DNA of 64,000 nucleotides from an uncultured Gammaproteobacteria bacterium (GTDB lineage Bacteria; Patescibacteriota; Microgenomatia; UBA8517), in NCBI GenBank assembly GCA_964600575.1, contig CAZRJH010000001.1:28651-92650 (forward strand), in the 5' to 3' direction. Positions 19,144-27,645 of the stretch are shown here, piece by piece. The notes under the pieces are model-generated. The model saw only the letters and a program-made list of their open reading frames with translations. It searched no databases and had not been told where the DNA came from. Made by a program: the position numbers and the translations under genes. The number at the start of each line of letters is the position of its first letter. The first letter of the stretch is position 1.

Positions 19144-21451
19144 TCTTTGAAGTGTTTCTATAGTTTAAGTCGTGGACTTTGAATGTTTTTGGCAAAAAGC
19201 CGTTCAGCTCTACCTCTTTGTAATAGGTTTTCTCTGACTTAGAAATATAGGCGACTATAAAAGTTGTATTTTGAGAGTTTGGAATAAGGCCTACAGAAAA
19301 CGAGGACTTTGGCTCGTTTATTACAAGTATTCCGTTTTCGTCTTTTTTGATCTTGCCGTTTGGGCTTTTTATCCAGAAATTGCTGGAACCTATCAAAACT
19401 AGCATAGACTCGGGCTCTTTTGGCGCTTTGCTCATATTTGAGGCAACTCTTAATAAGCCTGCATGCCCGTTAAGAAACTCCAGTATTTTTGCTTGCCCTT
19501 CGCCGGAGGAAACTAAGCCTCCGTGGTTTTGGTTGATTGTGACATTGTATGTATTGTCTATTTTGGAGCTAGACAACAAAACTGTCCCGTCACCTTGCAT
19601 GGTAGAACTTGGGTTTCCGTAAGGTTTGCCGTCTAGCCAATCTCCGCCAGACACTTCTTTAGCTGTGGGGTTTTTAACATTTAAACCGCTTGGAGTTTTA
19701 AAACCTGTTCCGGAGAGGGTCATAAAATCAACACCCCAAAAATCCTCGGCAATGTTTAAAGGCAAAAGGTTATTTTTAGCATCCATTGAAGAAACAGGCT
19801 TAAAACCTGTCTTGTTTTTAAGGTAATCAAAGGTGGGTAATACACTTTGAATTGACGGAATTTGGTTGCGAATGACAACCCTGTCAGAAGTGTTTTGAGT
19901 GTCACAATGTTTTGAATATAGCGTCAAAAAAACTTTTATTAGAAAGTTATCCTCCATAATCTCTCCACCACTCCAAGGCGGATATGCATGAACAGCTCCT
20001 TTTAATGGTGAACCTGCGGCAACAATTTTCTCTGTCTTGTTTCCTTGGTCGAATGTTAAAAAGTCCAGAGCGACAACTCCGCCTAGACTATGACCCACAA
20101 TGTTTACTTTTTCCTCCGAAGAAGTCTGTGTACCTATTAGACTTTGAAGTTGGGAGGCGGATTGTATTATCGGCTGACGAAAATCGTAGTAAAAAGGCAA
20201 AACTTGCCAACCGCCTGCGGCGAGGGATTCTATTAGCGGTTCATAAACCGACGCTGCATAAGGAGCAAGAGACCAGTTGTTGGGATTTGGATCCGGCTGA
20301 CAACTCAAAAAAGCGTTTCTGTTCCACCCGGAGCCAAACCCCGGCACAACAACAACTTTGTTTGTAATTGGGGCGGGTGTTGGCGTTGGAGTTGGCGTAG
20401 GTATTGGTGTTGATGTTGGTGTGGGGGTGGGTGTAGGAGTGTTGTCAACAAAAGAAGTTTTCCAAACATGGTTTGTGTAATTACCATTTGCAACACCTCC
20501 AATTAAAAACAGATCGTCTCCGACATTAACCAATTGACCACAACAGTTGGATTCCGGCAGACTTGGCCCGTTCGACCAAGATGTAAGCGTGCCGTCTGGG
20601 TTAATATCCGCGTAGTAAACATTGGTAGAGTCTGAGCCTGCAATTACCACCCTGTTTTGCACTCTTGTAATTCCAAATCGCCATATCCCTGTAGGCAGTG
20701 AGGACAAGCTTTCCCACGGCCCAATTGAGCCGTCCGGATTAATTAGGGCACGTATAACCTGGTTGGAATATCCTGTTGGTGTGTACCCACCAAAGACTAC
20801 CAAATAACCGTTTATAACCAACATTCCTTGGCCTTCTGTTTTTTGTGGCAGATTGCCTGCTATTCGCCATGCCCCAATTGTTCCATCGGGATTTATGTCT
20901 GATACATATATCTCACTTATTGCTACATTGGGGTTATTGGCTTGAGAAGGGATTGTGCTTCCTCCGGCGTGGAATAATTGGTTGTTGAATGATGCCGACG
21001 ATGACAAAGCAAGCTTTTGTGGAAGTGGTGTAGTGTTTGACCACCCACCAAGTGAATTGTTACTGTTTTTTGTTGCAAACGATACAGTATCCACATAAGA
21101 AATCACACCGTCAATTGAGTCTAAGAAACCTCCTAGAATATATACATCGTCGTTGCTACTCGTTGTTGTATGCCATATAAGTCTCAACGGACTGTTGGAT
21201 ATGGTCGTCCAAGGTGTGATATTGCCGCCAGAATCAATCGTATTGAGTACATCAGAGCGGCTACCTCCAAGACTGCTGGATCCACCAAAAACAAATATGC
21301 CATCTAAGTATGTGGCTGCAGTGTTGCTGGCAATTGAATACGGTAAATCTATTGCACTGGTCCAGGAGGTTAAACTAGCCTCAACAGTTGTAGGGTGAGC
21401 CAAACAAAGAAGTAAAAACAAGAATAAAAAAAGTTTTCTAAACTTGCTCAT
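19130..21451 (-). CDS. Secreted Kelch-repeat / Pro-Thr linker / alpha-beta hydrolase (LCAT/PGAP1-like) protein
   Basis: Signal peptide, about six GG..W Kelch-like repeats, (PT)n linker, VVVVPGF, YDFR, GHSLGG, GDGTV, H. Confidence 0.85.
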   Translation of the reverse strand: MSKFRKLFLFLFLLLCLAHPTTVEASLTSWTSAIDLPYSIASNTAATYLDGIFVFGGSSSLGGSRSDVLNTIDSGGNITPWTTISNSPLRLIWHTTTSSNDDVYILGGFLDSIDGVISYVDTVSFATKNSNNSLGGWSNTTPLPQKLALSSSASFNNQLFHAGGSTIPSQANNPNVAISEIYVSDINPDGTIGAWRIAGNLPQKTEGQGMLVINGYLVVFGGYTPTGYSNQVIRALINPDGSIGPWESLSSLPTGIWRFGITRVQNRVVIAGSDSTNVYYADINPDGTLTSWSNGPSLPESNCCGQLVNVGDDLFLIGGVANGNYTNHVWKTSFVDNTPTPTPTPTSTPIPTPTPTPTPAPITNKVVVVPGFGSGWNRNAFLSCQPDPNPNNWSLAPYAASVYEPLIESLAAGGWQVLPFYYDFRQPIIQSASQLQSLIGTQTSSEEKVNIVGHSLGGVVALDFLTFDQGNKTEKIVAAGSPLKGAVHAYPPWSGGEIMEDNFLIKVFLTLYSKHCDTQNTSDRVVIRNQIPSIQSVLPTFDYLKNKTGFKPVSSMDAKNNLLPLNIAEDFWGVDFMTLSGTGFKTPSGLNVKNPTAKEVSGGDWLDGKPYGNPSSTMQGDGTVLLSSSKIDNTYNVTINQNHGGLVSSGEGQAKILEFLNGHAGLLRVASNMSKAPKEPESMLVLIGSSNFWIKSPNGKIKKDENGILVINEPKSSFSVGLIPNSQNTTFIVAYISKSEKTYYKEVELNGFLPKTFKVHDLNYRNTSKTYNI

Positions 21452-21510
21452 AATAATACGCTAGTTATTCTGAATTTGAATGTCAAGTATGTTCTGATAA
21501 ACTTGCGTGT

Positions 21511-22245
21511 ATGAAAAACAAGCTTTACGAAGAATATCATTCTAAACGGACTACTCAATTTAAAATAATTAAAGATGGCGATTACACTTACCAGACTGTT
21601 ATCGGATTTATAAACAAATATGCTAAAACTGCAAGAAAGATAATCGACATTGGGTGTGGTGTCGGCACTGTAGACTTTTATTTAGGAAGCAAGGGTAAAA
21701 AGGTCTTAGGCATTGATATATCCGGAAATGCCATACAAAAAGCAACTGAGTCTTCCTTCGTGATGGGTTTGGGAAGTACGGTAAAATTTAAAGTGTTTAA
21801 CTTTCCTCATAAAACACCAAGTGGGAAATTCGATCTAATTATTTGTACCGAATTGTTAGAGCATCTTAAAAATGATAAGTTGGCCGTAGACAAGATTCAT
21901 GGTATGGCAACTAAGGGGGGTTTGATTATTTGCTCTTCGCCTTCTAAAAACTCTTTCCTTTATAGGCTTGGTTTGCTTGAGAATTTTGACAAAAGAGTTG
22001 GGCATTTAAGAAGATACCAGCCTAATGAATTTGCTACTATGTTTAAAACATCTGGATTTAGAGTTCTTAAGATTCATAAAACTCAAGGTGTATTGAGAGA
22101 TTTTTTGTTTACGACATTCTTGGGTGGGCAATTACTGCGAGTAGTCAAACGAGAGCCATTCTCGTATGTGGTCACTAAGATTGATAATTTACTTTGTTCA
22201 GTGCTTGGCGAATCAGATATCTACATTATAGCCAAGAAAATATGA
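21511..22245 (+). CDS. Class I SAM-dependent methyltransferase
   Basis: IDIGCGVG, ELLEHL, GHLRRY. Confidence 0.9.
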   Translation: MKNKLYEEYHSKRTTQFKIIKDGDYTYQTVIGFINKYAKTARKIIDIGCGVGTVDFYLGSKGKKVLGIDISGNAIQKATESSFVMGLGSTVKFKVFNFPHKTPSGKFDLIICTELLEHLKNDKLAVDKIHGMATKGGLIICSSPSKNSFLYRLGLLENFDKRVGHLRRYQPNEFATMFKTSGFRVLKIHKTQGVLRDFLFTTFLGGQLLRVVKREPFSYVVTKIDNLLCSVLGESDIYIIAKKI

Positions 22246-23135
22246 AAATTTTATTTCTTTCTAATTATTTTTATCCACACATAGGTGGGGTGGAGACACA
22301 TGCTTTAGAAATTGCAAAAATACTGGCTAAAAATGGGAATGAGGTTTCTGTTATCACGGAAAAATATAGAAGATTAGAAAAAGAAGAAATTCACCAGGGA
22401 ATAAAAATATATAGATTTACCTATCCACACACTAAATTATTTGGAATTATAAGTATCTGGTGGTGGATGTTTCAGAATAAGCATTTAATAAAAAATGTAG
22501 ATGTTGTCCAATGCCACGATGTTTTTATATGGTATTTACCCTTTAGGTTTTTGTTTCCTTTTAAAAAAGTTTATACAACTTTCCACGGATGGGAAGGTGT
22601 GTGGCCCATACCCTTTAAAAATAAATTTATCAAAAAACTTTCCTGGTTATTGTCTAAAGGCTCAATTGGGATAGGAAAATATGTGGGTAAGTATTACGGA
22701 ATAAAACCCGATTTTATTACCTACGGTGGCGTAGAAAAGATAGATTCCAAATTCAAAAAAGAAAAAGGAAGCGTTATTTTTTTGGGAAGGTTAGAAAAGG
22801 ATACGTGCGTTTTTCAATTTATAGAAGATATTAAAAATAAAAAATTCAAAAAAATTATTTTTGTCGGGGACGGCAAATACAGGACCGAATGTTCAAAATA
22901 TGGTTATGTTACGGGATATGCAAGCCCAGAAAAATATCTTAAAAAGGCCGAGTACTGCGTACCTGGTGGATATCTTAGTTATTTGGCAGCCAAGGCTTAC
23001 GGTTGTAAAATTATTACATTTGCAGACAATCCACTTAAAAAAGATTATTGGAGTGAAATAAAAAGTGTTAGAAATTTCCAAAGTTGGAACGATGTAGAAA
23101 CGGTATATGAAAAGCTTTGGAAATTGCACGACTGA
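22242..23135 (+). CDS. Glycosyltransferase family 4
   Basis: MKILFLSNYFYPHIGGVETH, TFHG, FLGRL; ATGA overlap with upstream gene. Confidence 0.88.
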   Translation: MKILFLSNYFYPHIGGVETHALEIAKILAKNGNEVSVITEKYRRLEKEEIHQGIKIYRFTYPHTKLFGIISIWWWMFQNKHLIKNVDVVQCHDVFIWYLPFRFLFPFKKVYTTFHGWEGVWPIPFKNKFIKKLSWLLSKGSIGIGKYVGKYYGIKPDFITYGGVEKIDSKFKKEKGSVIFLGRLEKDTCVFQFIEDIKNKKFKKIIFVGDGKYRTECSKYGYVTGYASPEKYLKKAEYCVPGGYLSYLAAKAYGCKIITFADNPLKKDYWSEIKSVRNFQSWNDVETVYEKLWKLHD

Positions 23136-23138
23136 TCT

Positions 23139-24095
23139 ATGAAAGTTTCTGTTTGTATAACGGTTCTAAACGAGGAAGATTCTATAGTAAGACTATTGGA
23201 TGCGCTTTTTAAACAATCTTTGAAACCCGACGAAATAATAATAGTAGACGGCGGTTCCATCGACTCGACAGTTGCTCTAATCGAGTCTTATCAAAAAATA
23301 AACAAAAAATTAAAAGTAAAATTACTTAAAGAAAGATCCAGTCGCTCCAAAGGAAGAAACTTGTCGATAGAAATTGCCAAAAATAACGTTGTCGCCATTA
23401 CGGATGCCGGGTGTGTTCCACAAAAAGACTGGTTAAAAAATATCGTTAGACCTTTCCAAAACAAAGCAGATGTTTCCGTAGGCTTCTATAAAATGTCCTA
23501 CAAAAACAGTTTTCAAAAAGCCGAATCTTTATATTTGGGAGTTTTGCCAAAAAATTTTGATGCTAACTTTTTACCTTCGACTAGATCCGTTGCTTTTACA
23601 AAAAAAGTTTGGGAAGAAGTAGGGGGTTTCCCCGAAAATCTTGGGGGAACAGCCGAGGATACTGTTTTTAATTTAAAACTATTAAACAATAACTCACACT
23701 TATCACGCGTGAAAAATGCGGTAGTAGAGTGGGGGATGCCAAAGAATTTATCGGAGTTTTATCTAAAAATATTTAATTATGCAAAAGGCGACGCCGAAAC
23801 TCGAATCATATTTTTTCCTGGAAAAGGGTTTATGTCGCACAATATTAAAGCACTGTTTGTAATAACTAGATATTTAGTTGCAATCTGGGTTTCTATTTTA
23901 TTGTTACCATATAACCTCTCCCCCATCATTCTGGTTTTGATTTTTGTTTATTGTTTCTGGGCTTATAGAAAACTTTTTAAGGCTTTTGAGGAAAATAAAA
24001 CCGCTATCTGGGGGCCTGTTTTACAAATTACGGCTGACCTTGGGGTTATTTTTGGCTTCATAAACGGGTTCGCTGCAAAAAAAATCCGGAAGTGA
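23139..24095 (+). CDS. Glycosyltransferase family 2 with C-terminal TMs
   Basis: VSVCITVLNEE, VDGGSIDST, TDAG, GGF, AED. Confidence 0.92.
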   Translation: MKVSVCITVLNEEDSIVRLLDALFKQSLKPDEIIIVDGGSIDSTVALIESYQKINKKLKVKLLKERSSRSKGRNLSIEIAKNNVVAITDAGCVPQKDWLKNIVRPFQNKADVSVGFYKMSYKNSFQKAESLYLGVLPKNFDANFLPSTRSVAFTKKVWEEVGGFPENLGGTAEDTVFNLKLLNNNSHLSRVKNAVVEWGMPKNLSEFYLKIFNYAKGDAETRIIFFPGKGFMSHNIKALFVITRYLVAIWVSILLLPYNLSPIILVLIFVYCFWAYRKLFKAFEENKTAIWGPVLQITADLGVIFGFINGFAAKKIRK

Positions 24096-24156
24096 GACTT
24101 TTACCTGTTGGTAAAAGGAGTGCTTCCGGAAAGGCTTTTGGCCACTCTTTCACTGA

Positions 24157-24378
24157 CTAGTCAGCACCGTCGAACTCGGGAATAAAAAGATCCGTGTCCG
24201 AAACCGTAAAGGTTAGAATCGAGCCGTCCCTGGCAACAAGTGAGAACTTAAATGGGTGCTCGTTCAGGTCTGCTCCGACTGCCGGAGTGATGATGTTTCT
24301 GACTTCGTAAACAGTCTTAAAAGCGGACAAAAGCGCCCCAAAGGCGGCTATCTTGTCGGGGGTGTTCAATCTTGGCAT
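24157..24378 (-). CDS. Small hypothetical protein (accessory locus D, gene 2)
   Basis: 73 aa, GGAG SD, directly follows 24380..24565. Confidence 0.6.
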   Translation of the reverse strand: MPRLNTPDKIAAFGALLSAFKTVYEVRNIITPAVGADLNEHPFKFSLVARDGSILTFTVSDTDLFIPEFDGAD

Positions 24379-24379
24379 G

Positions 24380-24565
24380 CTATCTCCAAATAGGTAACCC
24401 TAAAAGGGTTCCGAATATCGCCAGAAAGCTTATGTACAGGAATACAAACAAAAGGAAGACGAATGTTATCGCACACTTTTGAATGTATCCAACATCAAGC
24501 GAGTTTAAGGCGGAGCTCAAAAGGGCCATCATAGATATCAAAAGTGACATCTGCAGGATAAACAT
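24380..24565 (-). CDS. Small two-TM hypothetical protein (accessory locus D, gene 1)
   Basis: GGAGGA SD; hydrophobic; accessory-type leader upstream. Confidence 0.65.
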   Translation of the reverse strand: MFILQMSLLISMMALLSSALNSLDVGYIQKCAITFVFLLFVFLYISFLAIFGTLLGLPIWR

Positions 24566-24589
24566 CTCTCCTCCGTGTGGCTAAAAAGT

Positions 24590-24640
24590 AAAGTGCAAGG
24601 TTCTATTGTACTAAATTGATTACAATAATCAAATTATAGG
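24590..24640 (-). promoter_or_regulatory. Accessory-type leader: CCTATA, TTGATT-16-TACAAT, GCACTTT
   Basis: Read from the reverse complement. Confidence 0.65.
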
Positions 24641-24677
24641 GTATATATTGAATTTTTGTTTGGAGTAAAATAAACCT

Positions 24678-25913
24678 GTGGGATATATAAAAGAGGCAGT
24701 CAGGGGTGTTAGCTGGATGAGTCTTTTTAGATTTGTCTACCGACTTGTTGGTGTTTTAAGAATAGCGATTTTGGCTCACATTCTTTCTCCCGGTGATTTG
24801 GGTACATTTGGTGTGGTTGCGGTGGTCTTGGCATTTTTAGAAATAATTACAGAAACGGGAATAAATATATTTTTAATACAACAAAAAGAAAACATGCATT
24901 CTTATATTGATACCGCCTGGTTTGTTTCGATAGTTAGGGGTTTGTTAATTTCTTTGTTAGTTGTAGTTTTGGCAAAGCCGATTTCTTTGTTTTTTAAGTC
25001 AGACCCGTCGCTACCGCTTTTGTATTGGGCAGCCCTGGTCCCTTTTATAAGAGGGTTTATAAATCCATCCATTGTTAAGTTTCAAAAGGACTTGGAATTT
25101 AACAAAGAATTTTTATATAGAATTTCCGTTTTTTTGGTAGAGTCAATCGTTTCTGTTGTCGGGGTTGTGATTCAACAAACTCCATTTGCACTTGTTTTGG
25201 GGTTATTGGTCGGTGCGGTTTACGAAGTGATTCTTACTTTTTTGGTTGCCCGTCCATGGCCCAAGTTTAAATTTGAAGCCGAAAAAACCAAAAAAATAAT
25301 AGACCGAGGAAAATGGGTAACGCTTTTTGGCGTTTTTGATTATTTATACACCCAAAGCGACAACATAATTGTGGGTCGACTTTTGGGAGTAAACACACTC
25401 GGTATATATCAAAATGCATATAAAATTTCGACTGCTCCACTAACGGAAGTTGGGGATGTATTTTTTAGAGTTACATTTCCAGTATTTTCAAAAATTTCGG
25501 AGGACTCCAAAAGATTAAAAACAGCATTTATTCAAAATACAGTTATCAACGCAAGTTTGATGATACCTGCGGGTGTTCTGATATACATTTTTGCCGACCT
25601 AATAGTCAAGATTCTTTTGGGTCCGGGTTGGGAAGAAGCAATCCCAGTTACAAAACTTCTTTCGGTTCTGGGTATAGTTCGCGGAATTGCATCGTCTACC
25701 AACTCGCTTCTGGTTGCAAAAGGACTGCAAAAATATTCCGCTATCGTAACAATCGCAAGTACACTCGGCATGTGGTTAACAATTGTGCCCTTAACAAAAA
25801 CTTATGGTATTATTGGAGCCGGAAGCGCTGCAATAATCGGCACTTTGGTTTCTGTCCCGCTAACTATTTATTTTGTTAGAAAAACCCTCAAGACGATAAG
25901 CCTTCCGGTTTAA
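24678..25913 (+). CDS. Polysaccharide flippase (Wzx/WzxC-like)
   Basis: Many TMs; LAHILSPGDLG, DNIIVGRLLG..LGIY, VTFPVFS, LLGPGW. Confidence 0.9.
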   Translation: MGYIKEAVRGVSWMSLFRFVYRLVGVLRIAILAHILSPGDLGTFGVVAVVLAFLEIITETGINIFLIQQKENMHSYIDTAWFVSIVRGLLISLLVVVLAKPISLFFKSDPSLPLLYWAALVPFIRGFINPSIVKFQKDLEFNKEFLYRISVFLVESIVSVVGVVIQQTPFALVLGLLVGAVYEVILTFLVARPWPKFKFEAEKTKKIIDRGKWVTLFGVFDYLYTQSDNIIVGRLLGVNTLGIYQNAYKISTAPLTEVGDVFFRVTFPVFSKISEDSKRLKTAFIQNTVINASLMIPAGVLIYIFADLIVKILLGPGWEEAIPVTKLLSVLGIVRGIASSTNSLLVAKGLQKYSAIVTIASTLGMWLTIVPLTKTYGIIGAGSAAIIGTLVSVPLTIYFVRKTLKTISLPV

Positions 25914-26908
25914 TGAAGAGCGTATTCACGAACAAAAAAATTTTAATAACAGGCGGAACCGGATCTTTTGGATCATATTTTGTTAAAGAGATTTTAAAAC
26001 TCGACCCAAAACTGATAATTATTTTCTCCAGAGATGAAGACAAACAGTATTCTATGCAATTTGAATTTTCTAAATATAGAAATAAATTGGTTTTTGTTTT
26101 GGGAGATGTTAGAGATGTTAACAGTCTTAAAAAGGCTTTTGAATATATGCCCGATTTTGTGATACACGCGGCGGCTTTAAAACAAATACCTTCGTCTGAA
26201 TATAATATTTTTGAGACTGTCAAAACAAATGTTTTGGGTGCCCAGAACATTGTAGAACTGTGTAAAACAGGTAAAGTTAAAAAAGTTTTATCAATAAGTA
26301 CGGACAAAGCAGTTGAGCCGGTAAATGTAATGGGAATGACCAAGGCTCTTCAGGAAAGAATTTTTACATTAGCAAACAGAAACTCGAAAACAAAGTTTGC
26401 ATCGGTCAGATATGGAAATGTCATTAATTCTCGAGGATCGATAATTCCTCTTTTTAAAAAACAGATTGCTGCCGGCGGTCCGATAACAATAACGGATTTA
26501 CAAATGACTCGTTTTATTCTAACCCTAAGACAGACCATAGGGCTGGTTACGTTTGCATTCGAAAATATGAACGGCGGCGAAATATTTGTACCAAATGTAA
26601 AAGCCCTAAAAATATCAGATCTCGGTTCTGTTATGGTAAATGCGCTAAAATCAAAAAACAAAAAAATAATAGAAGTTGGTGTTAGGCCTGGCGAAAAGTT
26701 GCATGAAACTTTAATTTCCAGGCCGGAATCTTTAAGAGTTATAAAATCAAAAAGTTTTTACACTATTCTTCCCCAGATAGAACTCGGAAAGGTTACCAAA
26801 AACGGGAGCTATTCTAAAAACAAGTCTTTTGTTTTTGCATCGCAAGATACACAGCTTTTTAAACCCGAAGAAATAAAAGAAATGTTAATTAAAGAGGATA
26901 TTATTTAA
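25913..26908 (+). CDS. UDP-GlcNAc 4,6-dehydratase (CapE/FnlA/PseB family)
   Basis: TGGTGSFG, SRDE, HAAALKQ, STDKA..PVNVMGMTK (Met at the SDR Tyr position, as in CapE/FnlA), RYGNV, RPGEKLHE. Confidence 0.9.
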   Translation: MKSVFTNKKILITGGTGSFGSYFVKEILKLDPKLIIIFSRDEDKQYSMQFEFSKYRNKLVFVLGDVRDVNSLKKAFEYMPDFVIHAAALKQIPSSEYNIFETVKTNVLGAQNIVELCKTGKVKKVLSISTDKAVEPVNVMGMTKALQERIFTLANRNSKTKFASVRYGNVINSRGSIIPLFKKQIAAGGPITITDLQMTRFILTLRQTIGLVTFAFENMNGGEIFVPNVKALKISDLGSVMVNALKSKNKKIIEVGVRPGEKLHETLISRPESLRVIKSKSFYTILPQIELGKVTKNGSYSKNKSFVFASQDTQLFKPEEIKEMLIKEDII

Positions 26909-27623
26909 AAGTCGCGGACTTCCACTTTTTACTACCCAAAGTCATATCTTTAGTTAATGGTGGGCCTTTATAATTTTTAAGGGTTATTTTTCCTACTTTT
27001 GGAGAAACTGTTTTGGCAAGTTCATACATAGACATTTTTTTAGTACCAGTTATATGAATCACCCCTTTCCTCTTTTTTGATACGGCTTTTTTAATTTCAA
27101 CTGCTAGTGTGTCTCCAAAAAGATAATTACCATATCTGTCTGTAAAAGCGTTTGGGTAGGGCCAACTTTCTCTTTTTACAAAATTAGTTCTTACTATTAA
27201 TTTGTTTTTTAAACCCGACTCTTGGACAATCATTTCGCCACCCAACTTTGTAAGACCATAAAAGTTTTTAGGATATGGAATGTCTTTTTCGTAGAAGGGC
27301 GCATGTAGTCCGTCGAATACGCAAGCTGTAGATATATATATCAAATAAATTTTAGAGTTAACTTTTTTAACAGCCTCCACAATGTTCTGTGTGCCCTCTA
27401 CATTAATAGTCCAGGCCAAAACTCTATCAGATTCGCATTTGCGAACATCTGTAAGTGCAGCTGTATGAATAACGATACTTGGATTTGCAGATCTTATCGT
27501 TTTTAGAACCTGCTTAAAGTTAGTTATATCCATTTCGCTTCTTTTTGGGGTCGATACATCTTTGTAGAGTTTGGATATTTCGTATCCCAGTTTTCCGCTG
27601 CCACCCGTAATCAGAAGTCTCAT
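26901..27623 (-). CDS. RmlD-like NDP-4-keto-6-deoxysugar reductase
   Basis: MRLLITGGSGKLG, HTAALTDV..CE, ISTACVFDG, YGLTK. Confidence 0.88.
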   Translation of the reverse strand: MRLLITGGSGKLGYEISKLYKDVSTPKRSEMDITNFKQVLKTIRSANPSIVIHTAALTDVRKCESDRVLAWTINVEGTQNIVEAVKKVNSKIYLIYISTACVFDGLHAPFYEKDIPYPKNFYGLTKLGGEMIVQESGLKNKLIVRTNFVKRESWPYPNAFTDRYGNYLFGDTLAVEIKKAVSKKRKGVIHITGTKKMSMYELAKTVSPKVGKITLKNYKGPPLTKDMTLGSKKWKSATFK

Positions 27624-27645
27624 GGTATTATATGGCGATATTACC

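Noticed and set aside
23700-23716. parS-like palindrome TCACGCGTGA
   Set aside because: Does not match TGTTTCACGTGAAACA spacing and lies in a coding region
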